From Eledone cirrhosa (taxonomy: Eukaryota), in contig OZ024755.1 in the NCBI GenBank assembly GCA_964016885.1, positions 15,934,001 through 15,998,000 of the forward strand: DNA of 64,000 nucleotides. Direction: 5' to 3'. The notes below the pieces were generated by a model, which saw only the letters and a list, made by a program, of their open reading frames with translations, was not told the DNA's origin and searched no databases. Below are positions 54,290-64,000 of the stretch, piece after piece (positions within the stretch are counted from its first letter, which is position 1; each line of letters begins with the position of its first letter). A program made the position numbers and the translations under genes.

Positions 54290-54510
54290 CCATAAAGTCT
54301 TTGTGAAGAAGTGCAGGAAGCAGAGCATAAATGGCTGCATGGCCAGCTAAAAATTTTCTTCTTCGATGGAATAAGCAAGTTTGTGGATCACTGGAAGAAG
54401 TGTATCAAAAAGCAAGGATATACGATGTCAAAAGAAAATGTAATTGTTCAACCCCTGCTATAATTTTAAATTACAGAAACAAGTGTGCATATAATTTTCA
54501 ACTTCTTATA
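54290..54510 (+). mobile_element. Degraded 3' end of a mariner transposase
   Basis: FFFDGISKFVDHWKKCIKKQG resembles the F..GI.KLV.RW.KCI...G.Y mariner C-terminus. Confidence 0.55.
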
Positions 54511-55881
54511 TTTCTGTTAGTCTATCTTGATATTTTGGAAGATAACATTACATGAGGGTTATCTGTCATTTTCTGAGAGGATTTAACTAACTTTTCTTCC
54601 TCGGAGTAATACAAACAGCCCAGATTAGTTTGTTTGCTCAGTTCAAATATTAAATCTGTTTAATTTCATAGATAACATATTATGATATTATGGTTGTCAA
54701 GGACATGTATCAATGCTGTCTTATAAAGGAATCCATTGTTCTCAAAGGAAATAACATATTCAGATGTTCCAAATTTTCTCTAGGCAAACCTACAAAGCTC
54801 TATATATAGATTACATACATGTTGTTTAGCCCTAGGTCAACCCTGTTACAAAAGTTTAGATCAGGTCTCTGCCTTCCCATCTGAGATTACTTCCTTTGTT
54901 TCTCCAATTTCAACAAATAGGGGTGAACTGTAAAATATCAATGTTGTTGTTATTCTGGTTGTCATGGTAGATACTGTGATTATTTTGTTGTTACTGTAAT
55001 CCATGTGAGAGTTAATTATTGTTGTTGTATTGATTATTATTGTGTGTCCAGTATAGAATAAGTATTCCTACATGTTGTAAGAGGTAACCAAAATATTTGA
55101 CACTAAGAAGGGCATCTAGTAGTAAAACATTGCCTCAAAAAGGACCTCAAGACATGGGGTTCACAAAACTAACCCCTGCTTTGGATTTAAAGCACTTGTG
55201 TGTTCGTGGTTGTTGTTGTAGTAATCATTATGGTGTTGTTCTTATTGTCATGGTAGATTTTGTGACCATTTTGTTGTTGTTGTAATTGTTATTTTAATCC
55301 ATGTGGTAAGGCAGCAAATTGGCAGGGTCGTTAGAATGTTGGATAGAATGTTTTGCAGTATTTGTTTCAGCTCTCTACTCTCTGAGTTCAAATCCTGCCG
55401 AAGTCAACTTTACCTTTCATCCATTCAAGTTCAATAAAAAAGTACCAGTCTAGTACTGAGGTCGATTCTTCCTCTATATCTCTTTCTCACTTCCATTCTC
55501 TCACTCTCTATCCTTCTCTGGAAGAAATCTGCTGTATTCAGACCTGGGGTGGAAATGAGCTCTGCCAAGTTTTTTTAAATGCCCTAAATACGCTGTATGC
55601 CAATATGGCACCCCTATAACTCCCTCAGGGGTTATAGATTTAAGAAGAAAAAGAAAGAATCCACGTAGTGGTTAATTATTTTTATTGTATTGGTTATTAG
55701 TGTGTTTGTAGTTGTTATTGTTGTAGCAGTTATTATTGTTATCATTATTGTCTTAATGATTATCATAACGGTTGATATTGTTGTTATGTAACCCTCTGTT
55801 ATCAGTGGGAGGGGAAACATGCTGTAATAGTCACAAATCATTTCATAATGTCCTGGATATTAGTCACTGTAGTAACACAGA

Positions 55882-56006
55882 TATATAAAAGGGTGTGGCC
55901 TAACTGAAATATTATAATTCACAACGAGGTTGTTCAAGTTGTCAGTCCAGTGTCATAAGCCACCAGAACAAGACACACTGTTCGTCAGGTACCAATAATA
56001 TTACAG
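55882..56006 (+). promoter_or_regulatory. Candidate TATA promoter and non-coding exon 1 of the His/Gly/Pro-rich gene
   Basis: TATATAAAAG at 55882-55891; ATG-free ~90-nt segment ending in a strong donor CAG|GTAAGA (56006/56007); matching acceptor TCTTGCAG| at 59008, 23 nt before the ATG. Confidence 0.6.
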
Positions 56007-56714
56007 GTAAGATAGTAAGATATTAATTAGATAATTTCAACTAGTTAACCAGTGACTATATTATAATAGATTTTTATTAATACATGAATATTTATCATCA
56101 TCATCATCATTTAACGTCCATTTTTCAATGCTAGCATAGGTTAGACGAGTTGTACTGTTGTGAGAAATGCAAGGTCGAGTGAATATGGCTTGCTCATATA
56201 TTTGTATGTATGTCATCATTTCATTTTTCATTTCATTTTACGTCCACTTTTCCCTGCTTGCAAGAGTGGGACTTGTATTCATATATATATATATATGTAT
56301 ATATATACGTGTATTCATATATATATATGTATATATATATATTCATATATATACATATATATATGAATGTATATATATATAGATATGTATATATATATAT
56401 ATATATATGTGTGTGTATATATATACATATATATGTATGTATATATATATATATTCATATATATATACACATACACATATTTTTGGGGGGAGGGGGAGGG
56501 GGGGGGGGGGCTTTTTGTCCAGCATCGAGCTTTCGATGGATTCTATTGATGCACTGGTGGGGAATAGTCCTGTATTTATAAGGCATTCAAAATTATAATG
56601 AGCCCCAGTAGACAGCCGATGAGTAGGAATTGTCCATGTGCTTGTCTCTTCCATGTTTTCTGTTTCCTATATTTCTCCCACATGTGTTTTATATTATCAT
56701 TGTAACCACACAGC

Positions 56715-56749
<35 letters not shown>

Positions 56750-57123
56750 TAGACATGAAAAATGCGCAAGCTCAAAAGAGCCACAGAATGTTATAATAAA
56801 CTTTCAAAAGTGTGGGACTAGAGTTGTTACTCAAAAATATTGTAATCATTATCTATTGTACATTCTGTGGCATCCTTTATAAAAATATCACAATAAATAC
56901 ATCTATGTTTAATGTAATAACAGCTATGTGTAGTTTATATGATATACAAAGTTAGTCATTTATGCAAAGAGTTGTTCTATGGTGTAATATCCAGTTGAAT
57001 GGTAGACTTAACCTGTCAATTATATAACCATTTTGATATATATGATGAAGTTATATCTGTATAAATACAGGTTGGGTAACCAAGACTGCACCAACATGTA
57101 TATATATATATATATATATATAT

Positions 57124-57757
57124 ATCATCATCATCATCATCATCAACGTTTAACGTCCGTGTTCCACGCTTGCATGGGTTTGGACGGGGGTAGTCCCACT
57201 TGAGGCAAGAGTGATTGTCTTGCTCGCATAGGACTGTCTGGCAGGTTTTCTATAGTTGGATGCCCTTCCTAACACCAACCACATTTACAGTGTGTACTGG
57301 GAGGTTTTTACCGTGTTGCCTACACGGCCACATTACAGCGTGGACTGTGTGTTTTTTTGTCGTGACACCTACACGATCTCATTTGTTTTGGCCTGGATGG
57401 CGCGGCACCAACATAACTTTACATAGAACGGGGTGGTGTGGATGGGGTAGGGGTGGTGGCGGGACGGGGTGTAGTTTGTTAGAGATGCCTACTGGCAAGG
57501 CGGGTCTTCTCTGTTACTGAGTACCGCCAAAGGTCACGGTCCAGTGACATTGTCTTGGAGAGGTGTAAGTGTGTGAGGTCGGAGTTTATCAGCTCATCCC
57601 ATGTTTTTCTAGGTCTGCCTATTCCGTGGCTACCGTCTATCTTTATTGCCCTGCACTTTGTAATACAGCTATCGACTTTCATGCGCATCACGTGTCCATA
57701 CCAATGCAGCCTTCTCTCGAGTAAACAACATCTGATCCCTCTTATCTCTAATTTTTT

Positions 57758-57760
<3 letters not shown>
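57124..57760 (-). mobile_element. Second, shorter copy of the same RTE LINE, inserted in (TA)n
   Basis: Highly similar reverse complement of about 49988-50628 with (GAT)n tail; (TA)n on both sides. Confidence 0.92.
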
Positions 57761-57844
<84 letters not shown>

Positions 57845-58537
57845 ATATATATGGTGGTGGTGATGGTGGTAGTATTAGTGGTGACAGCAATAGCTGTGGT
57901 GGCGGCAGTAGTGATGGTGGTGGCTGTGGTGATGGTGGTGGCTATGGCTGTTGCTGTTGCTGTTTCATCTGGTATGAAAGTTGTGTAACAGTTTTTTATT
58001 CCAGGTAAACCACCCTAAGAAATTCAATAGATGTCCTTGATGATATTTTTTTTTTTTTATATTTTCTATCATTAATGTTATTTACCTGAAATAACCCCCA
58101 CCCCACCTCACCTGAATAACTGGTCAGCTCAGTCAGTTAATCTACATATACTTAAACAATTATCGCTCATTAAGCACCTTAAGAATAAGTCAATATGTTA
58201 AATTAGCTCAATAGACGGAGGGATTGGCAGAGACAATTTTTCATATCAATGAGGAGAGACCATTTAGAAATAGTTAGTTATTGGCATTCAATCAACTTGG
58301 TAGGGGACACTGTTGACACCTCTCACTTGCATTAACTTATTTGACCTTAATAACAATTTACAAAAGTAAGTTGGTATATTCACATATTTTGTGATATGCA
58401 TTTCTGAAACTTATATTCATCATCATCATCATCATTGTTTTAATGTCTGCTTAAAACAATGACAACGATGATGATAATGATGTATATTTAAGTTTCAGAG
58501 ATGCATTTCACAAAATATGTGAATATATCAACTTATA

Positions 58538-58572
<35 letters not shown>

Positions 58573-59031
58573 GAAGGAGACAACAAACAGAGGTACAAAA
58601 AGTTTTATTAGTGTCATGCTTTATATTAGAAAGAAAGTTTGATTTGTCATGCAATACCTTTCTTCAGGAGTACAATATATATAGGGAGGTGTATATATTA
58701 ATATATACTTATTTACATAGATATGTATATGTTGTTGACGTTATGATGTACAACTGGTTATATATATCAATAAAATACAGCAGAGGTTGGGGATTCACAT
58801 AAAATTAAAATGTAGTTTTTTCAATTTTAGGACTCCTGCAAAGAAAAGCAAATAAATAGAAATTTTGGGGGGTTTTTCATTAAACTCTCATAATTCTTGA
58901 TTAAAACACAAAAGGAGTATAATCTTGTTAGAAATATGGCTCCCAAAGGGTTAATGTGTGTTATTATATTTATTTTCTTAATTTTTCTCACTCTCTTTAA
59001 TCTTGCAGGTTGACATCCAATTTAATTTACA

Positions 59032-60387
59032 ATGAAGAAAGAAACGAGCAACAACGAAATTCCTGCCGTCAACAAAGACCCAAATGTGAAGAAGGTAACA
59101 GATACCACAGAAAATATTAACATTCCGACAGCCACAGAAGAGAAGAATGCTGAGAAAGAGAATGAACACAAGGATGAGACCAGGAAATCTCGGCATTATT
59201 TTGAGAAGTATGGAAAATATTTTAACCCTGATCCAATGAAAGAGAAACAGATAAGTGAAGACAGTCCCCGATTCCATGGTAGAGAGAGAAATGGTTGCTG
59301 CAATCCTTACTATTATAGGCATCATTCCAATTGTTTTTGCTGTCTTAACTACAATTCAAAAAATGGTGGATGTAAGGATTCCAAGCCTGGGGATCTAGAT
59401 AAGGGCAAAGATGAAACTGTACATCCAGACTGTTCCTGCCAAATGAGACATTCTAAGGATCATGGAATCTCTGACCAATCAGAGCATTTTGATGAGAGAC
59501 ACTGTTTTGGAAGATCTCAGCATTCTGATAGTCAGCCGTTTTTCAGTAGAGGAGGTCATCATGAATTTCCTGGGGGATGCAACTATAATGAGATACCCTG
59601 TTTTTATGGCGGTCCCAGTCACTATTATTGCCCAGAAGATCACGAAGAAACAAATCATTTTAATAGACCTAGCTCTTATGGAGGTCCGCAACATTTTATG
59701 AACCCAGGACAATTTAATCCACCTGGGTCTTATGGTCCATCTGGGCATTTCACTCCACCTGGGTCTTTTGGTCCATCTGGGCATTTCACTCCACCTGGGT
59801 CTCATGGTCCATCTGGGCATTTCGCTCCACCTGGGTCTCATGGTCCATCTGGGCATTTCGCTCCACCTGGGTCTCATGGTCCATCTGGGCATTTCACTCC
59901 ACCTGGGTCTTATGGTCCATCTGGGCATTTCGCTCCACCTGGGTCTTTTGGTCCATCTAGGCATTTTAGTCCCCCTGGCCATTCTGGCATGCCTTGCTAT
60001 TATGGTGGTCCAAATCACTTTCAAAATCCAAGACACTTCCATGGTCCGAATTATCAAGACATGTGTCAGTCTAATGAAAATGGCTTCTCTCAGAGCCCAG
60101 AAGAGAGAGATTCTTCTTACTCTCCCAAATCATGGCACTTTGACAGTGATCATCACTTTGGCAGACCAGAAAATTTTGGTCATCATGGTCCATTTCACAA
60201 AAGAAATATATCAGATGAGAGAAGCCAAGAGGATAAAAGAGATTTTTCATTGAATTCCAAGCATGATAGATTCCCACACAATCACCCCTGGAGAGATTTT
60301 GGAAGACATAACTATTATCGCCGATTTTCTAAACTGACTACACCCATTGAAGAGCGACCGATTTTCCGAGAATTTGATTTCTGCTAA
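59032..60387 (+). CDS. Unrecognised 451-aa low-complexity His/Gly/Pro/Cys/aromatic-rich protein with 12-aa tandem repeats
   Basis: Longest ORF in the window, open through ~230 non-repetitive codons before the repeats; polypyrimidine/AG acceptor upstream, ACAATG context, AATAAA at 60556 and 60710; no hydrophobic signal peptide or TM segment visible. Confidence 0.8.
   Translation: MKKETSNNEIPAVNKDPNVKKVTDTTENINIPTATEEKNAEKENEHKDETRKSRHYFEKYGKYFNPDPMKEKQISEDSPRFHGRERNGCCNPYYYRHHSNCFCCLNYNSKNGGCKDSKPGDLDKGKDETVHPDCSCQMRHSKDHGISDQSEHFDERHCFGRSQHSDSQPFFSRGGHHEFPGGCNYNEIPCFYGGPSHYYCPEDHEETNHFNRPSSYGGPQHFMNPGQFNPPGSYGPSGHFTPPGSFGPSGHFTPPGSHGPSGHFAPPGSHGPSGHFAPPGSHGPSGHFTPPGSYGPSGHFAPPGSFGPSRHFSPPGHSGMPCYYGGPNHFQNPRHFHGPNYQDMCQSNENGFSQSPEERDSSYSPKSWHFDSDHHFGRPENFGHHGPFHKRNISDERSQEDKRDFSLNSKHDRFPHNHPWRDFGRHNYYRRFSKLTTPIEERPIFREFDFC
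59719..59979 (+). repeat. Seven 36-bp coding repeats, PPGS(Y/F/H)GPSGHF(T/A/S)
   Basis: Directly visible in DNA and translation. Confidence 0.95.
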
Positions 60388-60728
60388 AATATTATTTTAA
60401 AATTTCTGATTTTCCCCCTTACCTTTTTTTTTTCTTTTTACATTTTGCTAGCAATTTAGGAACTGGTATTTTACTTTATATCTTAAAAACAACTGCAAGA
60501 AAGCCTTCTTCTTTAGATGAAAATGTAGGGAAATTCATCTATAAAAACAATTCAAAATAAAAAAAACATATTACCAACCTAACTCTAATATATATATATA
60601 CATATACCAGCCTTAGTCCTAATATATACATACATATACCGGCCTTAACCCTAACATAATATAAATTAATTGCCTCTGTGTAGATAAATTGTATCTGTAG
60701 GTAAAGTGTAATAAAATGAATTTGCTGA

Positions 60729-60980
60729 ATCCCATCATTTCATTTAAACCACTAACCTATAACAATCTAATATAAACTGTTCTAACCTCAGCCCATCATA
60801 CACACATCCCAGTTTACGAGGTCTAATTTTAAACCCTGACCCAATGAAAAAGAAAGATATTGACATAGCCACAGAAGAGTCCAGGAAATCTCAGCATAAT
60901 TCTAAGAAGTATGGAGAAATATTTTAACCCTGATCCAATGAAAGAAAAAGATATTTGAAGACAGTCTCCAATTCCACCGA
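60729..60980 (+). other. ~250-bp segment absent from copy 1, containing a diverged frameshifted copy of the gene's own N-terminal coding sequence
   Basis: About 60860-60977 resembles 59125-59277 (GCCACAGAAGAG, CCAGGAAATCTC, AAATATTTTAACCCTGATCCAATGAAAGA, TGAAGACAGTC). Confidence 0.8.
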
Positions 60981-61781
60981 TTCTTTTGTTTTGGCAGAAA
61001 CAGAAATGGTTGCAGACATCATTAGTACCTTTAGATATAATATTCCAGATCATAATTATTTTTGCTGTCCTAAATACAGTTCAAAAGGCAGTGCTTCTTC
61101 AACAGTGGTTAAAGTCTACTAAGACCACTGAGACCAAATTCCTGGGACAACTATGAGACTGAAATACCAGGCACTAAATATATATATTCCTAGTAGGCGC
61201 TTATCTATCTCTAAATGTATTTTACCAAATTTTTTTCAACTATTATTTACAGTAATTGACTATTGTTACAGTCATTTTCTGAATTTTGGATGTTTACATT
61301 TTCAAATTTCAAACTTTCACAACAGTTCTTAAATCATAATATTTGTTTACATATATATATTTTGGTGTTGTTGCTTGAAAAATTATATCGAATTAGGAAC
61401 TCAGAGTAATGACACAGTAAGTCACAGTTTTGTATGAATAAATTTACTCTCCAGCCTGAATTGGTTACATTTTCTTTTGTTTATTAAGCGATATACTGCA
61501 TATACACGAATATAAGCTGAGCAATATGTGACAAAAAATCAATAGTAAAATGGGAAGTTCACTTATATACGCCATCGATACAATGCGTCACCCTTGATAA
61601 TGTTGTGACCATGTTGGGTTGCCTCAAAGTGTTGGGCAGCCAATTGTTGGACTTGGTTGTGAATTGGTTGTTTTCGTTTTTCTCCGCTTTTTTTCTTTCT
61701 CTCGCTCTTGTCACATAATTGTAATGTTATTCTGAAAGAATTTGAGCAATTTGTATAATATTATTTATGTATGTATATATA

Positions 61782-62965
61782 CAGGGTTATTCAAAAAGAA
61801 TGAACCGCTTTCATGACGCATTTCTTCAGTTCTCAAGCATCGTCATGGAATGAGTCAGTGACCATTTGAAAGAGGAGTTTTCTAAGTTTTGAATGGTTGC
61901 CACAGGGGCGCTGTAGTCGCATCATTCCTCCGGCAACGTTCAGTTGTTTGTTTACCCTCAGCAAACGATGTTCTGCGTTCTTGAAAACAAATTCGGTTGT
62001 CACGGTGTAGCATGCTTTTCAAAAACAATTCGACATTAATCCGCCCTCTCCTAAGAACATTCGATGGTGGTTCCAACAAAGTGGGTGTCTGTGTAAAGGA
62101 AAAAGTCCAGGACGACCACGAGTTTCGGAGGAACAAGTCGCGAGAATCCGTGCTGCGTTTGAGGGAGCCCGCGGAAGTCCAGAAATCGAGCTAGCCGTGA
62201 GCTTGCGATCCCTCAATTCACTATCTGGCGTGTACTAAGAAGACGTCTACATTTGAAACCATACAGACTACGCCTCGTTCAGGCACTTACCAATGACGAC
62301 AAGAGGAAGCAGATGGAATTTTGCGAATCGATGCTGGAGATGATGGAAGACAAAACCTTCATTTCACGTTTAATTTTTAGTGATGAAGCGACTTTTCACT
62401 TGAGCGGTACAGTCAATCGTCACAATGTGCGTATTTGGGGAACAGAGCACCCACATGAAACAGTTGAGCATGAAAAACATTCCCCTAAGGTGAATGTCTT
62501 CTGTACTGTGTGTCAGGACAAGGTTTATGGTCCCTTTTTCTTTGAAGGAAACACCGTTACAGGACAAACCTATCTCGATATGCTCCAAAAATGGCTCTTC
62601 ACTTCACTGCAAGCAGATTCGCATGACTTCATTTTTCAACAAGATGGAACACTGCCCCATTCTTGTGGGGATATGTAAAAGATCGCGTTTATGATCCACC
62701 ACTACCCACTAACCTCGATGACGTTAAACATCAAATAACAACAGCGATCAACTCAGTGGTAATATGCTGATACGTGTCTGGGAAGAATTCTCTTATTGTA
62801 TTGATGTTGCCCGTGCTGCAGGTGGTGGCTACATTGAACACTTGTAAGACAGGAAATAAAAGCTGATTGTGAGTAGAATACTTGTGACTTAGCTAGAGTT
62901 TTCTATTGCTTTTCTTATTAAAATATTGCGTAATGAAATCGGTTCATTCTTTTTGAATAACCCTG
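61782..62965 (+). mobile_element. Tc1/mariner (rosa/DD41D-like) transposon with both TIRs and TA duplication; transposase disrupted
   Basis: TA|CAGGGTTATTCAAAAAGAATGAACCG ... CGGTTCATTCTTTTTGAATAACCCTG|TA; FSDEATFHLSGTVNRHNVRIWG, QQDG; ~130-bp internal deletion at about 62660. Confidence 0.92.
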
Positions 62966-63307
62966 TATATTATTTAAGAAAATATTTTTAACATCGCCAC
63001 CTAAAAAACAATGTATTGATTAGCTGCCTTGATTTATAAATGAGGTTTGGATTTTCTCAGACATAAAATGAGGTGGGGAAAGGATCAGCTTATATTTGGG
63101 TATATACAGTGTATATATATATCATTTGATCTAAATGGCATTCACATGTGTTGCATGAGCATTGCCTTTCATTGACTATTGATGAGGTGGCATGTTATCT
63201 GCTAATTAGTCGTGGTTCTCCATAGTTGCTCTATCTACTAGAAACACCAGAAATTATAGTCTTACATCTAAAAAAAGAAAAAGGCACATTACATAATGTT
63301 CTACTGA

Positions 63308-63503
63308 ACAAGGCTCATCTGAAAAGTTCATAAGCTGACTATGAAGGAATGATACTAGAACTGTGAAATCTTACATGATTTAATTTCAACTCTTCTCATT
63401 AATAACTGCATTGTTTCTTTCCAAGGACTACGTTGAAAAATAAACCTTTGATCATTCCATGAGAGTATCTTGGTCAGCCTATGAACGTTTAGACCAACCC
63501 TCG
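63308..63503 (+). mobile_element. Mariner-type MITE (same family as 23262)
   Basis: CTGAAAAGTTCATAAGCTGAC ... GTCAGCCTATGAACGTTTAGACCAACCCTCG|TA. Confidence 0.7.
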
Positions 63504-64000
63504 TACACCTTGATATGAGAGGATGGGCATGGCTAGAATGTCTTTGATCATAAGTCTGCTGGATTATGGCTGAACTGGGGCTAAACAATACACATACAAA
63601 TTGTAAAACAGCAATTTAAAAGTTTTATTTATTCTGCATGTTTATATAATAAACATGTAGAATTAATTTAAATACACTGTATTTGAATTAATTGATAAAG
63701 AATTGATTTGGAGAGATTTACTAAAATTATTTTGATTATTAAGATAGTATTTGTAACATAACAAAAAGGTTCTTCTTCTTCTTTGACTACTTATTCCTGG
63801 AAAGGTCATGGGGGTAGAGTCCTCAAACACTCCCTTCAGTGCATTTTATTGTGTCACCAACACTAGAGAATGCATTTTATCACACAGAAGTGAACAAACA
63901 TTTTCATTAATGAAACTGATAAATATAACAAAAATGAAGTTATGATTGACTTATTCAAATTCCAAGAATTCTTTGCTACTCTCAGTAATTAATTTAACTC

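Noticed and set aside
59719-59979. 36-bp repeats as a CRISPR array; likewise the arrays at 24083, 31822 and 48172
   Set aside because: Contiguous tandem units without unique spacers, eukaryotic context, no cas genes.
59479-60253. Overlapping alternative-frame ORFs (MVHLGISLHLGL..., RWSEMPRW...)
   Set aside because: By-products of a stop-free 36-bp repeat; only the 59032 frame stays open through long unique sequence on both sides.

Overview
AT-rich, microsatellite-dense animal genomic DNA; repeat content suggests a mollusc, probably an octopus (inference). Most ORFs in the supplied track are microsatellite artefacts. Supported content: (1) a head-to-head pair of U3 snoRNA genes, 1104-1332 (-) intact and 6071-6288 (+) lacking box D, sharing a near-identical ~90-nt upstream block with a TATA at -31..-24; (2) a 4-exon SmD1/SNRPD1 gene (-; CDS 47293 to 42827, 118 aa); (3) an unrecognised 451-aa His/Gly/Pro/Cys-rich ORF with seven 12-aa repeats (59032-60387), a candidate TATA promoter and non-coding first exon, and a broken upstream duplicate within a ~5.4-kb direct duplication; (4) two Penelope-like GIY-YIG retroelement remnants plus several short, mostly (TA)n-embedded elements carrying minimal hammerhead ribozyme motifs and/or inverted ends; (5) fragments of RTE, R4/Dong-, CR1/L2- and Vingi-like LINEs, Tc1/mariner elements, MITEs and SINEs. 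All calls come from reading and hand-aligning the sequence; no searches were run.
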